Notes: generated from the sequence alone by a model not told the origin. Shown: positions 9,009 through 17,840, numbered from the stretch's first letter. The stretch: DNA of 32,000 nt from Candidatus Pelagibacter ubique HTCC1062 (GCF_000012345.1 NC_007205.1:780001-812000); one strand, 5' to 3'. Numbers and translations are program-made.

Positions 9009-9765
9009 CTATTACGGCTTTAAAGCTATTTATGTTCATGAGATGAATAGATTTATAAGAACTATAGGTCAATCTCTTCTCTCACCTGTAATATCTACAT
9101 CATTATACTTTGTTGTTTTTGGTTCAGTTATTGGAAATTATATTCAAAAAATTGATGGGGTTAGTTATGGGTCTTACATTGTACCAGGTTTATTAATGTT
9201 AACACTCCTTACTCAATCAATTAGTAACACTTCGTTTGGAATCTTTTTTCCAAAATTTAATGGAACTATTAATGAAATTTTAGCAGCACCCATTTCAACA
9301 CTTGAAACCGTTCTAGCTTTTGTAGGGGCAGGAGCCACTAAAACTTTAGTCGTTGGTGCTGTAATTTATGCAACCGCCTCTTTTTTTGCTGATGTGAGTG
9401 TTATGCATCCAATGTTAATGATATTTTTATTAGTATTAGTTTCTTTTACTTTTGCTTTATTTGGATTTTTAATTGGTGTAGTTAGTAAAAACTTTGAGCA
9501 GATGTCGATTATTCCATCATTAGTCATTACTCCAATGGTATTCTTAGGGGGCAGTTTATACTCTCTTGATATGCTGCCACCATTTTGGCAAACAATTTCA
9601 TATTTTAATCCAGTAGTTTATCTAATTGATGGCTTAAGATTTTCTTTCTACGGCGTCTCTGATTTTGATATTTGGATTAGTATTAGTTCGATGGTTTTCT
9701 TTTTAATTGTTTGTATTACCCTTGTGTCTATCTTGCTTAAAAAAGGCTATAATATTAAAAGTTAA
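8998..9765 (+). CDS. ABC-2 type transporter permease (YadH-like)
   Basis: 255 aa with six hydrophobic helices. Overlaps the preceding ATPase gene. Confidence 0.8.
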   Translation: MKFNYYGFKAIYVHEMNRFIRTIGQSLLSPVISTSLYFVVFGSVIGNYIQKIDGVSYGSYIVPGLLMLTLLTQSISNTSFGIFFPKFNGTINEILAAPISTLETVLAFVGAGATKTLVVGAVIYATASFFADVSVMHPMLMIFLLVLVSFTFALFGFLIGVVSKNFEQMSIIPSLVITPMVFLGGSLYSLDMLPPFWQTISYFNPVVYLIDGLRFSFYGVSDFDIWISISSMVFFLIVCITLVSILLKKGYNIKS

Positions 9766-9793
9766 TTCGCTTTCATTTTAAGATTAATAACTA

Positions 9794-10198
9794 CTAAAGT
9801 TTTATAATTGTTTGATTTAATTTCATGATATGAAATTCTAATCGAAGCTTAGGAAATTTTTTATTTAATAGTTGTTTTAGTTTTTGATAAGAAGTTTTGT
9901 GAATTTCATCTTCATCTAAATCTTTTTTACCTTCGGCAATTTTAATCGCCCCACAGTCTTCATGATTTATAACAATGAGTTTGCTTATTTTGTGAAGCTC
10001 AATTGAAGCTGATAAATTATCAATAAATGTTTGATGCCATTTTTTAAATTTATTATGAGTAACCCCGATAGCTCCACCTGCAATAGTAAATGAGCTATAC
10101 TTTCCAGTTAAGTTCTTTTTTTTAGTAAATTTATAGACTAGGGATTGGAACCTTGGATCCATACAAGAAAGAACCATTGCTTTAAATTTTTTTTGCAT
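9794..10198 (-). CDS. Small beta-carbonic-anhydrase-like protein (cab/Rv1284-like zinc-ligand motifs)
   Basis: CMDPR at residues 12-16 and HEDCGA at 79-84 match the CxDxR ... HxxC zinc-site pattern of clade-D beta-CAs. At 134 aa it is shorter than typical members. Confidence 0.5.
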   Translation of the reverse strand: MQKKFKAMVLSCMDPRFQSLVYKFTKKKNLTGKYSSFTIAGGAIGVTHNKFKKWHQTFIDNLSASIELHKISKLIVINHEDCGAIKIAEGKKDLDEDEIHKTSYQKLKQLLNKKFPKLRLEFHIMKLNQTIIKL

Positions 10199-10316
10199 AA
10201 AAATTAATTAATAAAATTTAAATACAAAATTTTTTTTTATTTGTCATTAATTTGTTTATTTTTTAAATGAATTGACTATTGAGAACAGCCTTAAAGTCAG
10301 TTAGAGTGTAATTATT

Positions 10317-11450
10317 ATGCTATCTTATATATTGCCTTTTATTGCTTTAATTGTTGTGGTGGTATTTATCCATGAATATGGACATTATTATTTTGCTAAA
10401 CGATACGGTGTAGGAGTTACTGATTTTTCAATTGGTTTTGGCAAAGAAATGTTTGGTTGGAATGATAAATCAGGAACTCGTTGGAAGGTTTGTGTCATAC
10501 CTCTTGGGGGATATGTTAAGTTTTTTGGTGATAGAAATGTTTATAGCCAAGCTGATAATGACAAAATTATAAAAGAATATAGTAAAGAAGATCAGGATAA
10601 ACTGTTTGTACTAAAGCCTTTATATCAACGAGCTTTAATTGTATTTGGTGGTCCTTTAGCTAACTTTTTATTAGCAATTCTGATATTTTTTTCAGTTTAT
10701 ACCTTTTTTGGAAAAGATTTTACACCAGCTGTAATTAACGAAGTTCAAAAGGATAGTCCTGCAATGGTAGCTGGTCTTAAAGACAATGATATTGTGGTCT
10801 CTATTGATGGCAACGAGGTTACAAGCATTATGGATGTTTCAAAATATATTATGATGTCTACTGATGAATTTATCAATTTTACAGTAAATAGATTTGATCA
10901 AGATTTAACCTTTAGAGTAAAACCGAATATTGTTGAAGGCGAAGATAATCTTGGAAACAAAATCAGCAAACGTATGGTTGGTATTAAACTTGGTGCTTAT
11001 AACAATGAGGTAAATCACGTTAAACTCGGTCCTACCAAAGCGCTGTTTTATGCGGTTAATGAAGTTTATTATGTAAGCACTTCTTCTCTTAAATATATTG
11101 GAAGCATGCTCACTGGAAATGGTGATACTTCACAGTTGGGTGGGCCAATTCGAATAGCAAAAATTAGCGGACAAGTTGCAGAATTTGGAATTTTACCTTT
11201 TATAAGCCTTATGGCTTATATTTCTATTAGTTTAGGGTTAATAAACTTGTTCCCAATTCCAATGTTAGATGGTGGGCACTTAATGTTTTATGGAATTGAA
11301 AAGGTATTAGGGCGTCCATTATCACAAAAAACTCAAGAGGGTTTTTTTCGAATCGGAATGTTTTTATTGCTATCATTGATGTTTTTTACAACGTTTAATG
11401 ATCTAAAAGACGTTGGTTTATTTAAGTTTTTTAATAATTATATTTCTTAA
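10317..11450 (+). CDS. rseP: RIP zinc metalloprotease RseP (site-2 protease, M50 family)
   Basis: HEYGHYYFAK (HExxH) in the first TM helix, a central PDZ-like region and the C-terminal NLFPIPMLDGGH motif. Confidence 0.9.
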   Translation: MLSYILPFIALIVVVVFIHEYGHYYFAKRYGVGVTDFSIGFGKEMFGWNDKSGTRWKVCVIPLGGYVKFFGDRNVYSQADNDKIIKEYSKEDQDKLFVLKPLYQRALIVFGGPLANFLLAILIFFSVYTFFGKDFTPAVINEVQKDSPAMVAGLKDNDIVVSIDGNEVTSIMDVSKYIMMSTDEFINFTVNRFDQDLTFRVKPNIVEGEDNLGNKISKRMVGIKLGAYNNEVNHVKLGPTKALFYAVNEVYYVSTSSLKYIGSMLTGNGDTSQLGGPIRIAKISGQVAEFGILPFISLMAYISISLGLINLFPIPMLDGGHLMFYGIEKVLGRPLSQKTQEGFFRIGMFLLLSLMFFTTFNDLKDVGLFKFFNNYIS

Positions 11451-11590
11451 ATAATCCTTTAAAATCAACATTTATTTAACAAATCACTATATATTGAGGT
11501 TTTTATTTTAGTAGACACTAATAAAAAGCTTGATTTATGAGGTTTAATGTCAATTATGTGAAAATAACCAATAAAACCGGAGCTAAATAA

Positions 11591-11866
11591 ATGAACAAAA
11601 AACAATTAATAGCACAACTTTCAGGTTCTTTAAACCTAAGTAAAGCTGATGCTGAGCGTACTTTTGATACTATTACAAACACTATTCTAGATGCTTTAAA
11701 AGGTGACGATACAGTGAAAATTGCTGGATTTGGAACTTACAAAGTAGCAAAAAGAAAAGCTAGAGTTGGAAGAAATCCTAGAACTGGAGAGCAAATCCAA
11801 ATCGGTGCTTCTCAAAAAGTTAAGTTCTTACCAGCTAAGGCACTTAAAGAAATATTTAATAAGTAA
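11591..11866 (+). CDS. hup: HU family nucleoid DNA-binding protein
   Basis: 91 aa. MNKKQLI...FGTYKVAKRKARVGRNPRTGEQIQI is the canonical HU beta-arm. SD GGAG lies 10 nt upstream. Confidence 0.9.
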   Translation: MNKKQLIAQLSGSLNLSKADAERTFDTITNTILDALKGDDTVKIAGFGTYKVAKRKARVGRNPRTGEQIQIGASQKVKFLPAKALKEIFNK

Positions 11867-11883
11867 TTAAATAGTAAATTCAT

Positions 11884-11918
11884 TAACAGCCTTTTACAGA
11901 AATGTAATAAGGCTGTTA
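11884..11918 (+). terminator. Long hairpin downstream of hup (probable intrinsic terminator or processing hairpin, no U-tract)
   Basis: TAACAGCCTT+TTACA / GAAA loop / TGTAA+(T bulge)+AAGGCTGTTA. This is 15 bp of pairing with a GAAA tetraloop, read directly from the sequence. Confidence 0.5.
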
Positions 11919-12000
11919 CTATATGCAATCACTGCATACCTAAATTTCCCAATCAACATTAGTTTTTAAGTTCATCTAAAATATAAGTGAAAACTTAAAC

Positions 12001-13314
12001 ATGGAGGTCTTAATGATAAAAATAATAAAAAAAATATCAGTTCCACTTATTAGTTTATTTTTTTTAATAAACATGAGTAGTGCTGGAATAGCAGAAACAA
12101 ATATTTCTGCTGAAGTAGGGTTTGTATTTAATACACTCCTATTTTTAATTTGTGGTTTTTTAGTAATGTTCATGGCGGCAGGCTTTGCAATGCTTGAGTC
12201 AGGAATGGTTACTTCTAAAAGTGTTTCTGTAATTTGTGCAAAAAATATTGGTTTGTATGCAATTTCAGGAATTATGTTTTGGTTAGTTGGTTACAATTTA
12301 GCATATGGTATACCAGAAGGCGGATATATAGGTACTTTTACACCTTGGTCAGACTCTAGTTCACTGGAGGCAGGTTACTCTGCTGGATCAGACTGGTTTT
12401 TCCAAATGGTATTTTGTGCAACAACAGTTTCAATTTGTTCAGGAGCAATGGCTGAAAGAATTAAGTTGTGGCCATTCTTTTTATTTGCAGCAATTTTATC
12501 TGGTGTTATTTATCCTATAGTAATGGGATGGCAATGGGGTGGAGGCTGGTTAGCAACTATCGGATTTTCTGATTTTGCTGGATCAACTCTAGTTCACTCA
12601 ACTGGGGGTGCTGCTGCACTTGCTGGTATTATAATACTTGGTCCAAGATTTGGAAGATTTGATAGCAAAGGTAATCCAAAAGCCATTCAACCATTTGCAG
12701 CATCATCAATTCCATTAGTAACTATTGGTGTGTTTGTATTATGGTTAGGTTGGTTTGGATTTAATGGTGGTTCTCAACTAGCATTAGGTTCATTTGCTGA
12801 TGCAGTAGCTATTTCAACAATCTTTATTAACACTAATTTAGCAGCATGTGGTGGTGTATTAGCTGCAGCCGTAGTTACAAGATTATTGTTTGGTAAAACT
12901 GATGTAATACAAATGTTAAACGGTGCAATTGGTGGGTTAGTTGCAATAACAGCTGAACCATTAGCGCCATCTCCATTAGCAGCAATATTAATTGGTGCTG
13001 TTGGTGGTGTGATAGTTGTATTTGGAACTAAACTATTGTTTTCATTTAAACTTGATGATGTAGTAGGTGCAATTCCAGCTCACATGTTTGCAGGTATATT
13101 TGGAACTTTAGTAGTACCGATCACAAATGCAGACGCAACATTCGGAGCACAGTTAATTGGTGTTTTATCAATTAATATTTTTGTTTTTGTAGTGGCTTAC
13201 ATAGTCTGGTCGATTATGAATAGTCTCTTTGGAATTAGATTGAGTAAAGAAGCTCAAGCCAAAGGTACAGATGTTACTGAAACAGGAGTAATTGCTTACG
13301 CAATCAGAGACTAA
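12001..13314 (+). CDS. amtB: Ammonium transporter (Amt family)
   Basis: 437 aa with signal-like N-terminus. Amt hallmarks FAMLESG, DFAGSTLVHSTGG and GFNGGS. The start could be the ATG at 12001 or at 12013. Confidence 0.9.
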   Translation: MEVLMIKIIKKISVPLISLFFLINMSSAGIAETNISAEVGFVFNTLLFLICGFLVMFMAAGFAMLESGMVTSKSVSVICAKNIGLYAISGIMFWLVGYNLAYGIPEGGYIGTFTPWSDSSSLEAGYSAGSDWFFQMVFCATTVSICSGAMAERIKLWPFFLFAAILSGVIYPIVMGWQWGGGWLATIGFSDFAGSTLVHSTGGAAALAGIIILGPRFGRFDSKGNPKAIQPFAASSIPLVTIGVFVLWLGWFGFNGGSQLALGSFADAVAISTIFINTNLAACGGVLAAAVVTRLLFGKTDVIQMLNGAIGGLVAITAEPLAPSPLAAILIGAVGGVIVVFGTKLLFSFKLDDVVGAIPAHMFAGIFGTLVVPITNADATFGAQLIGVLSINIFVFVVAYIVWSIMNSLFGIRLSKEAQAKGTDVTETGVIAYAIRD

Positions 13315-13345
13315 TAAAAAACTATCTCTCTTATAGTTAGAAAAT

Positions 13346-13365
13346 AGGCCCCTTAATTGGGGCCT
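13346..13365. terminator. Bidirectional intrinsic terminator between convergent amtB and bcp
   Basis: AGGCCCC (13346-13352), loop TTAATT, GGGGCCT (13359-13365). It is flanked by AAAAT on the left and TTTT on the right, giving a U-tract on both strands. This is a GC-rich stem in otherwise AT-rich DNA. Confidence 0.65.
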
Positions 13366-13366
13366 T

Positions 13367-13834
13367 TTAATTTATAGAGTTTTTTAGGGTATCAAACACT
13401 TCTTTAGCATGATCCTTAACTTTTACATTATCCCAAATTTTTACTATTTTACCATTTGGATCAATTAAGAAAGTTGTTCTCACTATTCCCATAAACTCTC
13501 TACCCATAAATTTCTTCTTAGCCCAAACTTTGTATTTTTTTAAAATATTAAGCTCTACATCAGATAAAAGATCAAATTTGATTTTAAATTTTTCTTTAAA
13601 TTTGTGGTGGCTTTTTAGATCATCTTTAGAAATCCCAAATATTTCACAATTCAGTTTTTTAAATTTAGGTAATAATTTGTTAAAATCATTAGTCTCAATT
13701 GTGCATCCTGGAGTGTCATCTTTAGGGTAAAAATAAAGAACTACATATTTGCCAAGTGAATCTTTTAAAGAATAAATCTCACCATCTGTTGAGTTTAATT
13801 TAAACAAAGGTGCTTTAGAATTTATTTTAAACAT
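13367..13834 (-). CDS. bcp: Thioredoxin-dependent peroxiredoxin Bcp/PrxQ
   Basis: 155 aa with active-site context YFYPKDDTPGCTIE. Confidence 0.85.
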   Translation of the reverse strand: MFKINSKAPLFKLNSTDGEIYSLKDSLGKYVVLYFYPKDDTPGCTIETNDFNKLLPKFKKLNCEIFGISKDDLKSHHKFKEKFKIKFDLLSDVELNILKKYKVWAKKKFMGREFMGIVRTTFLIDPNGKIVKIWDNVKVKDHAKEVFDTLKNSIN

Positions 13835-13836
13835 TA

Positions 13837-14856
13837 TTAATATTTATTTTTTTTCCAAACATCGAGCCAATCTACCATTGGTGATAATCCATAAGCAGAA
13901 TTAACATTTGTCATATGTAGTGATAGAGAGGGTATTGGTGAAAAACATTGTGTTTTTTTATAAAGCAAATGAAGAGGTTTTTCATAAGGATCAAAATTAT
14001 TTAAAAACATTTTTTCATAAGTCTTCCAATTTTTTTTAAGTATATTATGAGAAATTAAATACGTACAAAGAGATTCGTTTACTCTACGCCAATGTTTTTT
14101 ATGACCAGCTAAAATATTTGTTTGCTCAAATTTATTGTATAAATATGGATAATCAACAGGACACATAATTATATCCTTTTTATAGATAGTTGAGAATTTC
14201 TCATAACTAAAAATCATTTCTTCAATAGCATCGTGATGATGCAAATAGTCGTCTTCAACAAAATATATTAAGTCATAATTTGAATTAAGAGCAAATTCTT
14301 TTGATTGGTAAATATGTGAATTATGAGCGAGCATTCTTTTATTATTTGAAAATTTCATTTTGTTTTTATATTTATTAATATCAAGATTAGATATTTCAAA
14401 TAAAACACTGTTTTGACTTGCAATTTTTTTCTGTAATTTAATTACGCTAGGTTTTGAGTTATCATCTATAATTTTTAAAAAAAATTTAATATTACTCATT
14501 TTTTTTTGAGCATTTTTAATATTAATACATATGGAATTTAAAGATCTTAAACTGTATTCTTTTTTTTGCTTTTCAAATAATCTTTTTTTATTTTGACTGA
14601 GCAGTGTATTTTCATTGGTAAAAGATCTGAATATAATCAAAAAGCTTTTAACTTTTCTTGTAATTTTAACTTCACCAAGTGGTAGAGTTATATTTCTTTT
14701 GTTTATTACACTGATATTATTATTTAAAGATGTATTGCTTGTAGGAATTGTGAAATTATTTTGATCGATAATTTCAAAACCTAGTTTTCTTGTAATTTTA
14801 ATAAAATTTTTTTTAAAAAAATTAATTTTATTTTTATTTTTAAAATTTTTGATCAC
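13837..14856 (-). CDS. Putative GT-A fold glycosyltransferase (Lys/Asn/Ile-rich, very AT-rich gene)
   Basis: 339 aa. DxD-like motif in LIYFVEDDYLHHHD. Apparent GTG start at 14856-14854. No closer family recognised. Confidence 0.35.
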   Translation of the reverse strand: MIKNFKNKNKINFFKKNFIKITRKLGFEIIDQNNFTIPTSNTSLNNNISVINKRNITLPLGEVKITRKVKSFLIIFRSFTNENTLLSQNKKRLFEKQKKEYSLRSLNSICINIKNAQKKMSNIKFFLKIIDDNSKPSVIKLQKKIASQNSVLFEISNLDINKYKNKMKFSNNKRMLAHNSHIYQSKEFALNSNYDLIYFVEDDYLHHHDAIEEMIFSYEKFSTIYKKDIIMCPVDYPYLYNKFEQTNILAGHKKHWRRVNESLCTYLISHNILKKNWKTYEKMFLNNFDPYEKPLHLLYKKTQCFSPIPSLSLHMTNVNSAYGLSPMVDWLDVWKKNKY

Positions 14857-14909
14857 TATTTTTGTATTTTTGTATTTTTTTATTTATTTATATATATTAT
14901 TATTATCAT

Positions 14910-15293
14910 ATGAATATAAAATCATCTCACACTCTAGTAGCTGAAGCCTTAAGAGAAATTAAAACTATAAGTCCTGAGCAGGCTTTAAAACTATCAAACG
15001 AGAACAAATGTAGCTTAATTGATATTAGGGAAAAGGGAGAACTTGATAAATCAGGACGTGTTGAAAATTCTCACCATATACCAAGAGGAATGTTAGAGTT
15101 TTGGCTAGATCCTGAGAGTCCTTATTTTAAAAATGGTAAGCTAGATATGGAAAAAGAAATTGTCTTATTTTGTGCTGGTGGTTTAAGATCTGCACTTGCA
15201 GCTAAATCATTAAAAGAAATGGGTTTTGAAAATGTTTCTCACATTGAGGGTGGCTTTGCAGCAATTAGCCAAAGTGATTTTAAAATAGTTTAA
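14910..15293 (+). CDS. Single-domain rhodanese (sulfurtransferase)
   Basis: Active-site loop FCAGGLRS. I place the start at the ATG at 14910 (MNIKSSHTL...). The track's extra 16 codons (MYFCIFLFIYIYYYYH) come from a non-ATG start in pure-AT spacer. Confidence 0.75.
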   Translation: MNIKSSHTLVAEALREIKTISPEQALKLSNENKCSLIDIREKGELDKSGRVENSHHIPRGMLEFWLDPESPYFKNGKLDMEKEIVLFCAGGLRSALAAKSLKEMGFENVSHIEGGFAAISQSDFKIV

Positions 15294-15874
15294 TCTACTT
15301 TATTATATTCATCTAAGGCAAATTCCAATCGATCTTGTCCCCAAAATATTTTATTATTAACAATAAAAGTGGGCGCTCCAAAAACTTCTTTTTCATGGGC
15401 ATTTTTAGTGGCATTTTTTAACTTTTCTTTAATAACAGGGTCTTTAATTGTTTTAAAAAAAATATCTTTATCAATCTTACATTGTTCAAGTAGTGGTATT
15501 AATATTTCTTCTTTAGAGATATCCAGATCATCTTTCCAATAAGCGTCAAACATTGTTTTTATATATTGTGCTTGATTTGATGAGCTAATATCTAAATAGC
15601 CACGCATAATAATCAATGAGTTTAAAGGAAATTTAGAGTTCCACTTAAAATCAAAATTATTTTTTTTTGCAATTAACAAGCAGTCATTAATCATATGTTT
15701 TAATTTAGGTTTGATAAATGCTGGTGCCGTTATACCTTCTAAATTATGAAGACCACCTAATAAAATTGGCTTATAATTTATTCGAATATCTTTTGGTAAC
15801 GTTTGGATTTTTTGGTAAGCTAAATAAGCGTAAGGACTAATAAAATCAAAATAGAAATCTATTTCCTTAATCAT
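15290..15874 (-). CDS. 2-hydroxychromene-2-carboxylate isomerase family protein (DsbA-like thioredoxin fold)
   Basis: IDFYFDFISPYAYLA N-terminus and C-terminal FGAPTFIVNNKIFWGQDRLEF are characteristic of the HCCA isomerase/DsbA-like family. Confidence 0.75.
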   Translation of the reverse strand: MIKEIDFYFDFISPYAYLAYQKIQTLPKDIRINYKPILLGGLHNLEGITAPAFIKPKLKHMINDCLLIAKKNNFDFKWNSKFPLNSLIIMRGYLDISSSNQAQYIKTMFDAYWKDDLDISKEEILIPLLEQCKIDKDIFFKTIKDPVIKEKLKNATKNAHEKEVFGAPTFIVNNKIFWGQDRLEFALDEYNKVD

Positions 15875-16340
15875 AAAGATTAATTCTTTTTGCGTAAAAA
15901 ATTCTTATAATCCAATAAAGAGTAAGTCCAATAGGACCAATAAAATATGTTATTAATAACGGAAAAGACATTATTATTTTATTGATACCAAATTTTTGTG
16001 AGTCCTTAACAATCCATCCACCACAAAATAGATTAATAGATAGAAAATGAGTCCAAAATAAAATTAAGAAGGATTTATCGTTAAACAAATAACTAATTGA
16101 ATCTAAGCCTAAATATAGCTCAAAATTCCTAACAAAGTCATAGCCCCCATTAAAAAGTACATAAGTTAGATAACCGTAGGCAAAACTTAAAATAATAAAA
16201 GGAAAAATTGATGTGATAAAAACTCTACATATTTGTGATTGTGGAAAGAAGACTAATATTAACCAAAAAGGCAAGACACCTAGATTTAACCAAAGAAAAA
16301 TCATTTCAATTGTAAAATATGTATAGATTTGATCGATCAT
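15867..16340 (-). CDS. Small integral membrane protein (possibly ABA4-like/DUF4281)
   Basis: 157 aa with 4-5 hydrophobic helices. Overlaps the downstream isomerase gene by 8 nt. The family assignment is from memory and weak. Confidence 0.4.
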   Translation of the reverse strand: MIDQIYTYFTIEMIFLWLNLGVLPFWLILVFFPQSQICRVFITSIFPFIILSFAYGYLTYVLFNGGYDFVRNFELYLGLDSISYLFNDKSFLILFWTHFLSINLFCGGWIVKDSQKFGINKIIMSFPLLITYFIGPIGLTLYWIIRIFYAKRINLYD

Positions 16341-16377
16341 TTTTTAGTGTATTATACAATAAGCTATTAAGATTCAT

Positions 16378-16932
16378 ATGAGAAATAGAAAAAAAACATT
16401 ACAAGTGACGGTAGAGGAAATGAGAAATTTCTCATTTGCCTATATCGAAAGATATGCACCATCCAAACAACAGCTTAGAACCTATCTATTAAAGAAGTAT
16501 CTAAAAGCTAATTTAGAAAATATTAAAAAACAAGATATTACAGATTTAATAGATGTTGTTTTGCAAGATCTTGAAAAAACTAAGTTTATTAATGATAAAT
16601 TCTATTCTGAAAGTAAATCTAGGAGCTTAATCCAAAGAGGCAGTTCGGTTAATAAAATTAGAAACTATTTAATGACTAAAGGAATTAATGATCGCTACAT
16701 TAAAGAAACAATAGATAAGATTAAAGAGGATAACTCTGACCAAGATTTTTTTTCTGGAATAAAAATATGTAAAAAAAAGAGAATTGGACCAGCGAGAGTA
16801 GAGGATAATAGAGCCCTATTTTATAAAAAGGATATTGCTTTACTAGCAAGAAATGGTTTTGATTTTGAAACCTCTAAAAGGATCATGGATATTGATAAAG
16901 CTGACTATATGAAAATAATTAGATTACTTTAA
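16378..16932 (+). CDS. recX: RecX-like regulatory protein
   Basis: 184 aa, basic, helical-repeat layout. YIERYAPSKQQLRTYLLKKY ... FINDKFYSESKSRS resembles RecX repeats. Confidence 0.55.
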   Translation: MRNRKKTLQVTVEEMRNFSFAYIERYAPSKQQLRTYLLKKYLKANLENIKKQDITDLIDVVLQDLEKTKFINDKFYSESKSRSLIQRGSSVNKIRNYLMTKGINDRYIKETIDKIKEDNSDQDFFSGIKICKKKRIGPARVEDNRALFYKKDIALLARNGFDFETSKRIMDIDKADYMKIIRLL

Positions 16933-17070
16933 TTTTTTTTCTTTCTCTTCTTCTTCAACAAGAGACTGAATTCTATTTCTAATAACATTTTTAACAAATA
17001 CAAAAACTAATAAACCAAAGATAGAAACTGATACTATAATTATTAAAATTATTCTTAATTGCTCATCCAT
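16924..17070 (-). CDS. Unannotated 48-aa single-pass membrane protein coupled to cysQ
   Basis: Manual translation gives MDEQLRIILIIIVSVSIFGLLVFVFVKNVIRNRIQSLVEEEEKEKKLK. Its ATG (17070-17068) shares one base with the cysQ stop (TAATG). It is below the ORF-track length cut-off. Confidence 0.4.
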   Translation of the reverse strand: MDEQLRIILIIIVSVSIFGLLVFVFVKNVIRNRIQSLVEEEEKEKKLK

Positions 17071-17840
17071 TATAATATGTTTTTACTTTTTAAAATTAAA
17101 CTTGGATTTTTAAATTCAGTTTTTCCATAGAGTATTTCATTATAATTAAAGTCAGTCACTTTCCCTCCTGAGTGCTCAAGGATTGCATGACCAGCTGCAA
17201 TATCCCACTCACAAGCCCTTGGTTCAGCAACATACATATCAAATTCACCTGCTGCAATAACACAAAATTTTAGTGAGCTTTTCATTTTTTGAAAAGAACT
17301 TATTTTATATTTTTTATGAATTTCTAAAATTTCAGGTTTAAGATCGTTAGAATAACTTACTGCTGTATGTCCAACATAGTTTTTCTCTTTATTCATTAAT
17401 GAAATTTCTTGATTGTTAATTAACTCGTAACTGTGAGACAAACCGTAAGAATAAAAAACTCTTTTTTTTGCTGGAACTGTTATGATCCCAATAGCGGGTT
17501 TTTTATCCAATATTAATGCTGCATTTAAAGTAAATTCATCACGGTTATTTATATAATCTTTGGTGCCATCTATTGGATCGATTAACCAAAAAGTATTTAA
17601 ATCATTATCCATCTTATGGTTTGTACTCTCTTCTGAAACAATAGGGATATTTGGAGTTATTTCTTGGATCTTGCTGGTTAAAATTTTATTAACTTCGATA
17701 TCTCCATTACTTACAGGAGTATTGTCTGATTTAATTTCTTTTTTTAAACCAGCTCCTCTTAAATCTAAAGCTACCTGACTTGCTTTATTAAAAGTTTCTA
17801 TCAGTGAAAGAGTAATTTTCTTTTTTTCTTCAAGGTTCAT
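17070..17840 (-). CDS. cysQ: Inositol monophosphatase-family 3'(2'),5'-bisphosphate nucleotidase (CysQ-like)
   Basis: Motifs VSEES, WLIDPIDGTKDY and WDIAAGHAIL. 256 aa. Confidence 0.65.
   Translation of the reverse strand: MNLEEKKKITLSLIETFNKASQVALDLRGAGLKKEIKSDNTPVSNGDIEVNKILTSKIQEITPNIPIVSEESTNHKMDNDLNTFWLIDPIDGTKDYINNRDEFTLNAALILDKKPAIGIITVPAKKRVFYSYGLSHSYELINNQEISLMNKEKNYVGHTAVSYSNDLKPEILEIHKKYKISSFQKMKSSLKFCVIAAGEFDMYVAEPRACEWDIAAGHAILEHSGGKVTDFNYNEILYGKTEFKNPSLILKSKNIL

Noticed and set aside
8281-9072. Track ORFs 8281-8514 (-) and 8890-9072 (-)
   Set aside because: Both lie antisense to the ABC-2 ATPase and permease genes. Their Leu/Phe-rich translations are typical of the reverse strand of AT-rich coding DNA.
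11537-11590. 17-codon upstream ORF (MRFNVNYVKITNKTGAK) ending exactly at the hup start codon
   Set aside because: It has no SD and is short enough to arise by chance. The hup SD (GGAG) lies inside it. It is probably just 5' UTR.
11922-11938. NtcA (GTA-N8-TAC) or sigma54 (GG-N10-GC) site upstream of amtB
   Set aside because: The GTA...TAC spacing is N10, not N8, and no -24/-12 GG/GC pair is present. I report only the palindrome itself.
11976-12173. Track ORF (-, 65 aa)
   Set aside because: It overlaps the amtB 5' end in antisense. amtB is strongly supported.
13530-13730. Track ORF (+, 66 aa)
   Set aside because: It lies antisense inside bcp.
14862-14909. N-terminal extensions of track ORFs: rhodanese 14862-14909, DUF3553-like 18008-18055 and HIT 24102-24200
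   Set aside because: These extensions translate pure-AT spacer or overlap neighbouring genes. In-frame ATGs at 14910, 18007 and 24201 give proteins that start at the expected family N-termini.
17560-17778. Track ORF (+, 72 aa)
   Set aside because: It lies antisense inside cysQ.
17070-17840. CysQ as evidence for a PAPS-dependent sulfate assimilation pathway
   Set aside because: 3',5'-ADP is also produced by phosphopantetheinyl transfer, so a CysQ-like phosphatase needs no PAPS pathway. No cysDNCH genes are in the window.
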